Source of the DNA: an uncultured Halobacteriales archaeon
GTDB lineage: Archaea > Halobacteriota > Halobacteria > Halobacteriales > Haloarculaceae
Direction: 5' to 3'
Length of the DNA stretch: 32,696 bases
NCBI GenBank assembly: GCA_964597715.1
Contig: CAZQZE010000001.1
Location: 1-32,696 of the forward strand
A program made the translations under genes and the position numbers. The notes beneath the pieces were generated by a model. It was not told where the DNA came from. It saw only the letters and a program-made list of their open reading frames with translations, and searched no databases. Positions 1 through 9,550 of the stretch are shown in pieces (position 1 is the first letter of the stretch; each line of letters opens with the position of its first letter).

Positions 1-475
1 GTTCACCGTCCTCTGCCGGGGCGACGCCGGCGATTCCCGGGAACATGTCCAAGGGCACCTCAATCCCGTTCACGAAGTGTGCTATGTCGTCCTCCAGATC
101 CCAGATGTGGAGGCCAGGGTCAGGGAAATCTTCGGGCAGTAGGCCCAGCCCCATCTCCCCGGGCATGAACCCGGTGAACCCCCAGCCCTTGTGCTCGAAG
201 TCGAGCAGGTTGACTGCCAGCACATCGCCGGGCTCGGCGCCCTCAACGGCGATCGGCCCGGTCAGCGGATGGACCGGGTCGAAACTCGCGTTCGCCAAGT
301 CCTCAGCCGTTGAATCCTGCATAACCTGTCCATCGAGTGCATCACGACACTCAAAACCGACGACTTCTCCGGGCTTGACAGTAAGTACGGGATCTAAACT
401 GTTGTTCCATACGCTGTGAACGTTGTCATCAGTGTCGCTCAACTCGTAGTCGACCGTATAGTCCTCTGCCGACAT
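1..475 (-). CDS. Acetamidase/formamidase family protein (partial, runs off the window's left edge)
   Basis: Not in the ORF track. Hand translation from ATG at 475: MSAEDYTVDYELSDTDDNVHSVWNNSLDPVLTVKPGEVVGFECRDALDGQ...VHPLTGPIAVEGAEPGDVLAVNLLD...WGFTG...MFPGIAGVAP. HPLTGPIxVEGAEPGDVL is the FmdA/AmdA family hallmark. Confidence 0.9.
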   Translation of the reverse strand, partial: MSAEDYTVDYELSDTDDNVHSVWNNSLDPVLTVKPGEVVGFECRDALDGQVMQDSTAEDLANASFDPVHPLTGPIAVEGAEPGDVLAVNLLDFEHKGWGFTGFMPGEMGLGLLPEDFPDPGLHIWDLEDDIAHFVNGIEVPLDMFPGIAGVAPAEDGE

Positions 476-547
476 GCTGTTCAGACTCTCGTATTGGACC
501 AATATGAAGATAGAGGTAGGCGTGACCGATTCGAAATAGCGTCAGAA

Positions 548-1252
548 TTAAATCGCAATGTAGTCCTGAACGATTTCCGAATCTTCGAGCTCGTCAGCCG
601 GGATCTTATCCACAACCCTCCCTTTTTCCATCACGTACGTTCGTTCGGAAGTATTGATGGTGAATTCGAGGTTCTGTTCGACAAAGAAGATCGTCATGTC
701 GAGTTGGGTCCGGATGTCTCCGAGCGTCTCACTAATCTGATCGACAATGTTGGGTTGCACCCCCTCCGACGGCTCGTCGAGGAGCAACAGATCGGGGTTT
801 CCGATCAGTGCCCGTCCGATCGCGAGCATCTGCTGTTCGCCCCCACTCATCGTCCCAGCTTTCTGTCCCCGGCGCTCGTCTAACCGTGGAAAAAAGTCGT
901 ATACTTCCTGATACAGATAGCCATCGCTGGTCTCGTTAATCTGTTCGCCGACGCGGAGATTTTCTTCGACAGATAGCTGTGAGAAGATGTCGCGTCCTTG
1001 TGGTACGTATCCGAGTCCGAGTCCAGCCCGTTCGTCCGCAGACACGCCAGTTACGTCCTCTCCGTCGTACGTGATCGTCCCGTCGGTCGGTTGGAGGAGC
1101 CCGATGATCGTCTTCATGAGCGTCGTCTTCCCGACGCCGTTCCGACCGATCAGCGAGACGATTTCACCCTGATCGACCGAGAGGCTGGTATCCCGGAGGA
1201 CGGGCGTTCGCCCGTAGGAGACGGATATCTCGTCGATTGAGAGGAGACTCAT
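548..1252 (-). CDS. urtE: Urea/short-chain amide/branched-chain amino acid ABC transporter ATP-binding subunit (UrtE/LivF-like)
   Basis: Walker A GRNGVGKT, YVPQGRDIF, signature MSGGEQQMLAIGRAL, Walker B LLLLDEPSEG; last gene of the transporter operon. Confidence 0.88.
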   Translation of the reverse strand: MSLLSIDEISVSYGRTPVLRDTSLSVDQGEIVSLIGRNGVGKTTLMKTIIGLLQPTDGTITYDGEDVTGVSADERAGLGLGYVPQGRDIFSQLSVEENLRVGEQINETSDGYLYQEVYDFFPRLDERRGQKAGTMSGGEQQMLAIGRALIGNPDLLLLDEPSEGVQPNIVDQISETLGDIRTQLDMTIFFVEQNLEFTINTSERTYVMEKGRVVDKIPADELEDSEIVQDYIAI

Positions 1253-1257
1253 CCGAA

Positions 1258-2013
1258 CTATTCCTCCCCCAGGTAGATCCTCTGGACCGCTTCGTTGTTC
1301 TTGATTTCGTCCACGGTCCCTTCGGTGAATATCTCGCCGTTATGGAGGACGGTGACACGTTCGGCGATCTGCTCGACGAAGGTAATGTCGTGTTCGACGA
1401 CGATGACGGTCATCCCCTGATCGGCCAACGACTGGATCAACTCCCCCGTCTCTTTGGTCTCTTCGATGGTCATCCCGGCCGTTGGCTCGTCGAGTAACAG
1501 CAGATCCGGCTCAATCGCGGTCGAGATGGCCATTTCCAGCCACTGCTGTTCTCCGTGGGAGAGCCGATCGACGTCGAAATCGGCTTTTTTTTCGAGATCG
1601 ATCAGGTTGAGCAGTTCATCGATTGCTCTGTCGATGTTCTCGTCGTCTTCGTACCGCTGGACCGGAATCCGGAGGTTCTCCCGTACCGACAGGTCCGGGT
1701 AGACGTTCACGTCCTGAAATTTGATACTGAGCCCGCGACGAGCCCGGTCGTGTGGTTCAAGATCGGTGATGTCTTTGCCCTTGTAGACAATCCGGCCGTC
1801 AGTCGGGCGCAACTGGCCAGCGAGCATGTTGAAGAACGTGCTCTTGCCGGCGCCGTTCGGCCCGATCAAGCAGCGGATCTCACCGTACGGCATCCGGTAG
1901 TCCACATTATCGATTGCTGTCAAGCCGCCGAACGTCTTCGTTAGCCCCTCCGTTCGAAGGATGTCCTCGCTCTCGGTTCCGGTCTGGTCGGTTGGATTCG
2001 TAGTGTGACTCAT
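1258..2013 (-). CDS. urtD: ABC transporter ATP-binding subunit (UrtD/LivG-like)
   Basis: GPNGAGKST, LSHGEQQWLEMA, LLLLDEPTAGMT, VVEHD, C-terminal VQRIYLG. LSHGxxQWLE and DEPTAGM are UrtD-like. Confidence 0.88.
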   Translation of the reverse strand: MSHTTNPTDQTGTESEDILRTEGLTKTFGGLTAIDNVDYRMPYGEIRCLIGPNGAGKSTFFNMLAGQLRPTDGRIVYKGKDITDLEPHDRARRGLSIKFQDVNVYPDLSVRENLRIPVQRYEDDENIDRAIDELLNLIDLEKKADFDVDRLSHGEQQWLEMAISTAIEPDLLLLDEPTAGMTIEETKETGELIQSLADQGMTVIVVEHDITFVEQIAERVTVLHNGEIFTEGTVDEIKNNEAVQRIYLGEE

Positions 2014-3122
2014 GACTGGTCACCCATCTCGGGCTCGGACCGGCGCTGGAGATACCGGTTGATCGTCGGCACGGCTCCCTCCGGCAGCAACAGCACAGCG
2101 ACTAACAATAGCAGGCCGATGAAGATGACCGCAAACTCGTTGCCGGCGGAGGCGAGACGGTTGCTCAGCGACCGGACAGCGAGCGTCCCCAGAATCGCCC
2201 CGATGAGGGTCTTGCGCCCGCCCACGGTGATCCAGATCACTGGGAGCGCGGCAAACGCCAGCCCCATGATCGGCGGGCTGATGAAGTTCCCCGTCGAGGC
2301 GTACAGCGCTCCGCCGAGTCCGGCGACGCCGCCCGCGACCGTGAACACCTGGAGCTTGATGAGGCGGGTGTCGTATCCCAACGTCTCCGTCCGGTTCTCG
2401 GACTCACGCGTGGCCACAATCATGTAGCCGTAGTTCGAGTTGAGGACGTACCGCAGTGCCAGGTACATCACCACCAGGAGCCCGACGACAAAGTAGAACG
2501 TGGCGTTGGGACCAAGTTCGTATGCCACCGAGCCGACTCCAAACGTCAAATCCGGAATGCCCGTCATGCCGTTGTACCCTCCGAGCTGGGCGTCACCGAT
2601 CGCATACTCCTGGCCAGCCGTTCGCGAGAACAGCAGTTCCAGTATTAGCGTGACTGCGAGGGTGATGATCGCCACGTAGACTCCCGAGACGCGCCCGTAG
2701 AAAATGAAATATCCGACCGCCGCCGCACCGATCGCCGGGATGAGTATCGCCGTCACCAGCGCGAGCGTCGTGCCGCCGGTCACGGGAAGGAGGTTGATCC
2801 CGACGACACCGAAGGTGTATCCCCCCAGCCCGAAGAACGCAGTCTGCCCGAAACTGAAGATGCCGGCGTAGCCCCAGCAGATGCTGAGGCTCAAGGAGAG
2901 AAGCACCCAGACGAACAGCGTCGTCGTCGTGAGTACACCGAACTCGTTCGCCGTCATCGGGTAGATGAAAATCAGGGTGACAACCAGCAGGAACCCTAGC
3001 CAGAATCTGTTCGAGGAGCCGATTGTGTGAGGGCCCTCGAACCGCTCGAAGACACTGAACAGATTCTCGCCGATGCCTGCTTCCCCTGCTCTCTCGTCGA
3101 TGGTTTCAGTTTGATCGCTCAT
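2010..3122 (-). CDS. urtC: ABC transporter permease (UrtC/LivM-like)
   Basis: Multi-TM protein with WGYAGIFSFGQTAFFGLGGY, GGYNGMTGIP, VGGRKTLIGAILG; ATGA overlap with the next gene. Confidence 0.85.
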   Translation of the reverse strand: MSDQTETIDERAGEAGIGENLFSVFERFEGPHTIGSSNRFWLGFLLVVTLIFIYPMTANEFGVLTTTTLFVWVLLSLSLSICWGYAGIFSFGQTAFFGLGGYTFGVVGINLLPVTGGTTLALVTAILIPAIGAAAVGYFIFYGRVSGVYVAIITLAVTLILELLFSRTAGQEYAIGDAQLGGYNGMTGIPDLTFGVGSVAYELGPNATFYFVVGLLVVMYLALRYVLNSNYGYMIVATRESENRTETLGYDTRLIKLQVFTVAGGVAGLGGALYASTGNFISPPIMGLAFAALPVIWITVGGRKTLIGAILGTLAVRSLSNRLASAGNEFAVIFIGLLLLVAVLLLPEGAVPTINRYLQRRSEPEMGDQS

Positions 3123-3126
3123 GTAT

Positions 3127-4002
3127 TCAGCCTCCGAAGCGGACTGTCAGATACTCTGAGAGACCTTCTGGAAGCACCCGGATAATGAGGATGGCTACGA
3201 CCAGGAGCGCTACACGTCCTGCCAAGGTCCCACCTACTTGCGAAGCCCCACCGTTGATAACCGAAAGCGAGAGGCCGCTCGCTGGGACGCCCACAAGGAT
3301 ACTCGGCCCACCGACGATCACCGTCACGAACGCTTCAATGATGTACGATCCACCCAGCGACGGGACGAGTGCAATAGTCGGGGCGAACAGTCCCCCCGCC
3401 ACGCCAGCCAGTACTGATCCAATAAAGAAGGTGATCATGTAGATTCGTGACGTGTCAATACCGAGACTCCGGGCGGTTTCTGCGTCTTCGATTGTCGCCT
3501 TCGCGTGGAGGCCGTACTCAGTGTAATTGAATATGAGGTAGACCGTCACGAGGAGGACAATCGCGGCGGCGGCAAGGACCCACTGATAGATTGATGCTGA
3601 GTATGCCCCGTAGCTCACTGATCCGAACGGCGTCCCAATGCCGTCAAGCGTTGGCCCGAAAATCAACAGTACCGACTGCGACATAATGAGACTGAGACCC
3701 CAGGTTGCCACCATCGAGTCGATTGTTCGGTTGTAGAGGTGTCGGACGACCAGTCCTTCCACGATGACGCCGAACACTCCGGTCGCGAGGCCGCCGACGA
3801 GGATTGCGAGGATTAACGGAACTCCCTGATGGTACGAGAGTGCCGTCGCGTACGCTCCAATCATTATGAACTCCCCGTGGGCGAGGTTGATAATGCCCAT
3901 CATGCCGAAGATGATGGCTAACCCAAGCGCGACGAGTACCAGCGTCCCGAAACCGCTGGCGATGATGGTGAGCAGGTCAAGTGTAGTCGTGATGGCTGTC
4001 AT
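3127..4002 (-). CDS. urtB: ABC transporter permease (UrtB/LivH-like)
   Basis: LGLAIIFGMMGIINLAHGEFIMIGAY motif. Start moved to ATG 4002 (MTAITTT...), directly after the urtA stop. Confidence 0.85.
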   Translation of the reverse strand: MTAITTTLDLLTIIASGFGTLVLVALGLAIIFGMMGIINLAHGEFIMIGAYATALSYHQGVPLILAILVGGLATGVFGVIVEGLVVRHLYNRTIDSMVATWGLSLIMSQSVLLIFGPTLDGIGTPFGSVSYGAYSASIYQWVLAAAAIVLLVTVYLIFNYTEYGLHAKATIEDAETARSLGIDTSRIYMITFFIGSVLAGVAGGLFAPTIALVPSLGGSYIIEAFVTVIVGGPSILVGVPASGLSLSVINGGASQVGGTLAGRVALLVVAILIIRVLPEGLSEYLTVRFGG

Positions 4003-4003
4003 C

Positions 4004-5305
4004 TCAGTTTGGCTGGAAGAATTCGCTAGTCGGCTCTTCCCACGTACTTTCCGTGCCCAGACTACACCGCTCTTGCAGCCAACTGGGCTCAATCGGATCA
4101 CTTTCCTCGATGAATTCGAGATTGTGATCCTCTGTCACCCTGGTTAGTGACATGCTGTGGACCAAGTGATGCGTCGCTGGATCAAGCGCGACATCTCCCT
4201 GTGGGGCCTCGACAGTAATCCCGGATTCGAGTGCCTCGTTGACTTCCGGTTGTTCGGTCGTGCCAGCCTCCTCGACAGCCGCCTCGTAGAGCAGACAGGA
4301 GACGTACTGACTCTCTGCGTGCTGGTTGATATACTGCGTCTCCGGGAACATCTCGTAGAACCGGTCGACAAAGGCTTCGTTCCGGTCTGTCGGGAGTTCC
4401 TCCAGGTAGTTCCAGGTCGAGTGCATCCCCTCGAGATTCGGCGGTGACAATGTCTTGTGTTCGTACGACGCCCCAATCTGCACAGTCGAGGCCATCGGCT
4501 TCTGTAGACCCGCGGATTCAGCCTGACTAAAAAACGACACGTGGTTGTTTCCGACGAGTAGGCTCATGATCCAGTCCGGGTCCTCGGATTCGACCCGGTC
4601 AATCGTCGAACCGAAGTCCGAGACGGAAAGCGGAATAAACTCTTCGCCCACAATTGAGCCCCCGTTGTCCTCGACGTACCGGTTGGCCCACAGTGCTGAA
4701 ATCTGCCCAAAATTATAGTCCGCCGCAAGCGTGTACACGTCGCCACCAAACTCGTCTACCATGTACTCAATCAGCGGCAGGAGCTGCTGTGTGGGCGTGG
4801 GCCCGGTCATGTACACGTATTCATCACAGATTCCACCCTCATAGAGAGCCGGGTAAAAGTACAACTGCTGGTTCTCGTCGACAATATCTTCCCGAATTGC
4901 CTCCCGCGATGCGCTAGTGATCCCACCCATGAGGACGTCAACATTGTCATCGAGAATGAGTTGACGGGCGAGATTCTGGTACTGCTGGTTATCGGACTGC
5001 GGGTCAGGGTTATTTACTTCCACTTCACGTCCCAACAGGCCATCATTGTCGTTGACTTCAGATTGCCAGAGCTGGGTTGCATTGTTCATAGGAGTACCAT
5101 ACACCGAGATCGCACCCGTGCGATCCGCGAGGAGTCCAACCTGGATTGGACCACCACCACCACCCGTACTGCCACCACTACACCCTGCGAGTGAGGCCAG
5201 TAGTGCCGCTCCACCGGTCTTGAGTGCTGTCCGGCGATTGATCCGGTCTGTTGCTGTACTGGTTGATGTCTTTTCTCCCGAATTGTCAATGCTGCCTGCT
5301 ACCAT
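4004..5305 (-). CDS. urtA: Urea/amide ABC transporter substrate-binding Tat lipoprotein (UrtA/AmiC/FmdD-like)
   Basis: Twin-arginine signal NRRTALK plus lipobox LAGC; GGITSASREAIR, YFYPALYEGG and AADYNFG match the AmiC/UrtA periplasmic binding family. Confidence 0.85.
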   Translation of the reverse strand: MVAGSIDNSGEKTSTSTATDRINRRTALKTGGAALLASLAGCSGGSTGGGGGPIQVGLLADRTGAISVYGTPMNNATQLWQSEVNDNDGLLGREVEVNNPDPQSDNQQYQNLARQLILDDNVDVLMGGITSASREAIREDIVDENQQLYFYPALYEGGICDEYVYMTGPTPTQQLLPLIEYMVDEFGGDVYTLAADYNFGQISALWANRYVEDNGGSIVGEEFIPLSVSDFGSTIDRVESEDPDWIMSLLVGNNHVSFFSQAESAGLQKPMASTVQIGASYEHKTLSPPNLEGMHSTWNYLEELPTDRNEAFVDRFYEMFPETQYINQHAESQYVSCLLYEAAVEEAGTTEQPEVNEALESGITVEAPQGDVALDPATHHLVHSMSLTRVTEDHNLEFIEESDPIEPSWLQERCSLGTESTWEEPTSEFFQPN

Positions 5306-5319
5306 GATACTCGTACTGT

Positions 5320-5349
5320 TGTCTGGTGACTATATAAATACCCCAGACA
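5320..5349 (-). promoter_or_regulatory. urt operon promoter (TATA box) bracketed by an inverted repeat
   Basis: Minus-strand GGGTATTTATATAG (5330-5343) lies 25-38 nt upstream of ATG 5305, flanked by TGTCTGG(5320-5326)-N16-CCAGACA(5343-5349). Confidence 0.6.
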
Positions 5350-5451
5350 GTCACGAACGCTGCCGCCTTTGATATAAAAGTTGAAAAATTGACAAAAATC
5401 GTTTCTTCGTCTGGCTGTTTAGTAGTTACATATTAATTATATTTTTTATCT

Positions 5452-6948
5452 TTAGTCCGAGGAGAGCGGTGGCGCGGTATTTGGTGATTCCCGGGTAGCT
5501 GTCACCTGTTCATATGCGTAGGCCATTTCAACGAGCCGGTGTTCGTCGTATGACGTGCCGAGCAGTTCAATCCCGACAGGCAGGCCCTCCTCGGTCAGTT
5601 CCCCGGGCATCGAAATCGCGGGACATTGCGTTTGTGCCCCAATCGGCGTATTCGTCGGGAAGTTCGCTGTCGTGTACCGCTCCCCCAGTTCTGAGATCCT
5701 CGGCGGAACCACTTGGACGTCCGGAAAAACAATTGCGTCCAAGTCGTTCACAGCAAACGTCTCAAGCACGTCCCGTCGGAACGATTCCTGGTCAAGGGTG
5801 CTACGCCAGTAATCCAGTTCGCTTTCCGGGTCGTCGGTTGTTTCCGCAATATCCTGGATTAGATCCAGACCCTCATGATACGCTCCGGCCTCGTAGAGTT
5901 CACGGATCGAATCGTACGGAATGCCATCACGTGCCTCAAGGAACGCATTGAGATGGATCGTAGCGTGATATCCATAGATTGTCGTATCCTCAACCTGTGC
6001 GTCTAAGTCGGGAATAGAGACCGGATCAACCAGTTCTGCCCCAGCCTCAACTAACGACTCCAATGCGGATTCAAACGTCCGGTTAACCGGTTCAGCGTTG
6101 GGGTCCTCCTCTCCGAGAGCATCACGTAACACCCCCAGCCGCTTCCCTTCAAGACCATCATCGTTCAGATAATTCATATAGGAATCGACGTGTGACTGGG
6201 AGACGGCCCCTGTCCAAGAGTCCTCATCGTCGTATCCGACCAATACGTCCAACAGACGGGTCATATCTGTCATGGTCCGGGCTACAGGCCCGGGCGTGTC
6301 TTGACGGGGCACAATCGGAGAGAAGCCAGTTCGGCTGATCAGTCCTGTCGTCACACGAATGCCAAAGAGATTGCAGTTGGCTGCAGGAACACGCACCGAG
6401 CCACCCGTGTCCTCAGCAATCCCGATGGTACCGAGATTCGCCGCGACGCCTGCCCCAGATCCTGCGCTGGATCCTCCAGGATCTCGCGACGGATCGTATG
6501 GATTTTTCGTCTGCCCGGCCGCCGAAGAGTAACCAAAGTAGGCTGACGCCCAGTCTGGAAGGTTTGTTTTCGCGGTGATGACCGCCCCAGCCTCTTTCAG
6601 GTGGGTAACTATCGTCGCATCCGTCTCGGGAATGTAGTCAGTACATGCCTCGGAGCCGAACGTTGTCGTAATTCCGGCCGTCTCGGCTTGGTCTTTGACC
6701 AGTACTGGAATGCCGTGCAGTGGACCGACCATGCCGTCTGTTTCGAGTATCTCGTCCAGTTCGGCAGCGCGCTCAACGGCTTCGTCGTTGAGAGTGGTGA
6801 TGCTGTTCAGTTCTGGTCCGTCTTGATCATACGCCTCGATTCGTCTGAAGTACCGACGCACGAGTTCCTCACTTGTGAGGGTGCCAGCTTTCATCGCTTC
6901 GTGAATCTCGTTGATCGTCGCTTCAACGATCTCAAACTCATCTGTCAT
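5452..6948 (-). CDS. Amidase signature family enzyme
   Basis: GPLHGIPVLVKD (Lys), PGGSSAGSGA (cis-Ser), EDTGGSVRVPA (nucleophilic Ser). Confidence 0.92.
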   Translation of the reverse strand: MTDEFEIVEATINEIHEAMKAGTLTSEELVRRYFRRIEAYDQDGPELNSITTLNDEAVERAAELDEILETDGMVGPLHGIPVLVKDQAETAGITTTFGSEACTDYIPETDATIVTHLKEAGAVITAKTNLPDWASAYFGYSSAAGQTKNPYDPSRDPGGSSAGSGAGVAANLGTIGIAEDTGGSVRVPAANCNLFGIRVTTGLISRTGFSPIVPRQDTPGPVARTMTDMTRLLDVLVGYDDEDSWTGAVSQSHVDSYMNYLNDDGLEGKRLGVLRDALGEEDPNAEPVNRTFESALESLVEAGAELVDPVSIPDLDAQVEDTTIYGYHATIHLNAFLEARDGIPYDSIRELYEAGAYHEGLDLIQDIAETTDDPESELDYWRSTLDQESFRRDVLETFAVNDLDAIVFPDVQVVPPRISELGERYTTANFPTNTPIGAQTQCPAISMPGELTEEGLPVGIELLGTSYDEHRLVEMAYAYEQVTATRESPNTAPPLSSD

Positions 6949-6974
6949 GGCACAGCATGCAGTATCGAACCGAC

Positions 6975-6988
6975 CTATATTAATACCC
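6975..6988 (-). promoter_or_regulatory. TATA-box promoter of the amidase gene
   Basis: Minus-strand GGGTATTAATATAG 27-40 nt upstream of ATG 6948; 13/14 identical to the urtA promoter core. Confidence 0.55.
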
Positions 6989-7512
6989 TTCTTTCATAAT
7001 GGGCGTTGTTTATATATTACACATCCGCGTGACGACTGCGAGGCAGGAGCATAGTTTTCTCTAGATTCTTGACCGAAACCCGTGTTTTTGAAATTCTTAG
7101 TGGCGCGTCAATTTTTGAGTAGCGGTCATCAAATCTTTTCCATAGATCGATCTTGAGACCCACGTTCAGGTTTGAAACACCACTTAGCGATTACCGCTTG
7201 TCCGATGACGTGACCCGTCTTGGGCGTGAGAGTGCTGACGATACCGGTACTCTCACCTACCCGAGAATAAAAAACACGCGCAACGGCACACCGTTGCGAC
7301 TGTAGACGCATACTAAACGATTCTATATATCATAACACCATCACTATCGATGAATGAGTGCTCCCTTCTAACCCGCGTGCAACTTTGAAGTAGATTAACG
7401 ATTCGTCACGACGCTCAAACAACACTCGATACACTCTGAGTGGATTACGCCGTCAGTGATCTTGATTGTCGTAAATATCACCGCAATACACACTAAGGTA
7501 TCTTAAGACTCT

Positions 7513-9054
7513 ATGTGTACACCTGTGCCTATAAGAAAACCGTCCCGTGACGAACTGCGTGAGATTGCAGATGATGCAGGGATGCCGTTGAACGAACAGG
7601 AACTCGAGGATTACGAGGAACTCGTAGCTGGAACACTAGAAACTCTCGAACGGATTCAGGAGGTTCCTGAGCCGACCTTCGCGCCACATGAAACCGCTTA
7701 CCCCGACCGAACGGGGCCACATCGTCCTGAGCCAGAGAACAACCCTCACAACGTTTGGATCACCAAAGTCGAAGTCGACGGAGCAGACGGTGGTCTACTG
7801 GCCGGAAAGACCATTGGGCTGAAAGATCACATCAGCTTAGCCGGTGTCGAAATGACCTGTGGTTCACAGGTGCTCGAAGGATACGTCCCCGACGTTGATG
7901 CAACGATCGTTGAGCGCCTTCTGGATGCGGGCGGGACGATCACCGGGAAACTCAATATGGAAAGTTTCGCTTTTTCAGGGTCGAGCGACACCTCGGACTT
8001 CGGGACCGTGTCAAATCCCCGCGCCCCTGGGCACATTGCAGGTGGTTCATCAAGCGGGAGCGGAGCAGCGCCCGCGGCCGGCGAGGTTGATATTGCGATT
8101 GGGGGCGATCAGGGCGGCTCTATTCGGATCCCGGCCGCTTGTTGTGGGATTGTCGGTATCAAGCCCACGACAGGGCTTGTCCCATACACCGGAATCTTTC
8201 CAATCGACAACTCGCTTGACCACACTGGTCCCATGGCAGAGACCGTTGAAGATGTCGCGACAGCACTTGAAGTCATGGCGGGCCCTGACGGGCTTGACCC
8301 GCGCCAACCGAGTGATCTTGAAGCCGACAACTACACTGATTCACTCGTTGACGACCCGTCGGATCTCACGATCGCTGTTCTTGAGGAGGGATTCAATAGG
8401 GAAGAAAGCGATCCCGATGTGAACGAGACGGTCCGGGAGGCGCTTGACGATCTCAAGGACATGGGTGCTGAAACGTTCGAAGTTTCTCTCCCACGATATT
8501 TGGATTCGCTCGCACTGTGGATAGCGATCGCCGGTCAGGGTGGGATCCAGGTACTCAAACAGGGAGGTGTCGGCTCTCTGTACGATGGCTGGTACAATAG
8601 CGGCCTCGCGGACGCCTACTCAAAATTCAGACAGAGTGACGGCCGCGACTTCCCCGCTTCTGTGAAGACGACCTGGCTGACTATGGAATATCTCAATCGG
8701 CAGACAAAAGGAAGTAGTTTCTACGCAAAGGGGCAGAACATCACGCTCCAGATGCGACGCGAGATCGACGCAATCTTGCAAGATGCGGACGTGATCGCGA
8801 TGCCAACGATCCCGCTGAAACCCTTTGAAATCGATCCAGACCTGTCTCGGGTTGAGCGAATCGGTCGGTCACTCCCAATTGCAAAGAACACGGCGCCGTT
8901 CGATCTAACTCACCACCCGGCAATTTCTGTCCCCTGCGGCACGGCAGATGGGCTGCCAGTGGGGCTGATGTTTGCTGGTGGTCGGTTTGAAGACGGGGAT
9001 GTAATCAAGGCCGCCTACACCTGGGAGCAGAACTCCGACTGGCAAAGTCGGTGA
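7513..9054 (+). CDS. Amidase signature family enzyme (aliphatic/aromatic amidase type)
   Basis: GKTIGLKD, AGGSSSGSG, GGDQGGSIRIPA; N-terminal IRKPSRDEL. The start could instead be GTG 7525. Confidence 0.92.
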   Translation: MCTPVPIRKPSRDELREIADDAGMPLNEQELEDYEELVAGTLETLERIQEVPEPTFAPHETAYPDRTGPHRPEPENNPHNVWITKVEVDGADGGLLAGKTIGLKDHISLAGVEMTCGSQVLEGYVPDVDATIVERLLDAGGTITGKLNMESFAFSGSSDTSDFGTVSNPRAPGHIAGGSSSGSGAAPAAGEVDIAIGGDQGGSIRIPAACCGIVGIKPTTGLVPYTGIFPIDNSLDHTGPMAETVEDVATALEVMAGPDGLDPRQPSDLEADNYTDSLVDDPSDLTIAVLEEGFNREESDPDVNETVREALDDLKDMGAETFEVSLPRYLDSLALWIAIAGQGGIQVLKQGGVGSLYDGWYNSGLADAYSKFRQSDGRDFPASVKTTWLTMEYLNRQTKGSSFYAKGQNITLQMRREIDAILQDADVIAMPTIPLKPFEIDPDLSRVERIGRSLPIAKNTAPFDLTHHPAISVPCGTADGLPVGLMFAGGRFEDGDVIKAAYTWEQNSDWQSR

Positions 9055-9194
9055 GCTCCCGTTCATAATCGTCACTCCGGAGTATCGGTTGTCATTGGCT
9101 GGTGCGCTCGGAGAGAGGGGTACCCTAATCTGATCAATCTGTTCGTCCAGTTTATTTAATGCTAGCGTTATAGAATGGCCAATTCCGGTGCACA

Positions 9195-9488
9195 ATGTGT
9201 GTATCCCGTCTTAATAACGGTCCGGACCATCGGGAGAAAGTCGTCGCTCAAGCACGAAGGCTCACTGCAGCGAGTCACAACGAACCGGGTGTCATCAATT
9301 ATCGAGTAGCTACGGATATTGAAAACCCGAACCTTCTGTGGTTCGTTGAGCAGTGTGAGTCTGCCGACGCCGTCGAAGTCCATGCTCAGACCGAGCATTA
9401 CGAGGCGTTTGCGGACGCCGTGATGCCCGAGTTACTGGCGGAAAAGCCAGAAATCTCACAGTTAAAGATCACAGCCAACGTAGACTGA
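9195..9488 (+). CDS. ABM-domain protein (putative quinol monooxygenase family)
   Basis: ASHNEPGVINYRVATDIENPNLLWFVEQ...HAQTEHYEAF fits the EPGxxxY...DxxxPxxxxxxE...HxxxxH ABM pattern. The N-terminus looks atypical. Confidence 0.7.
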   Translation: MCVSRLNNGPDHREKVVAQARRLTAASHNEPGVINYRVATDIENPNLLWFVEQCESADAVEVHAQTEHYEAFADAVMPELLAEKPEISQLKITANVD

Positions 9489-9550
9489 ACTCGGCTCACG
9501 ACCGAGGGAAATGTGAGCAATCGTTCACCGCCAGTAAGCAGTAGTACGGG

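Noticed and set aside
7129-7311. 60-aa ORF in the amidase spacer
   Set aside because: It is basic with no recognisable motif, unlike haloarchaeal proteins; a decayed fragment cannot be excluded.
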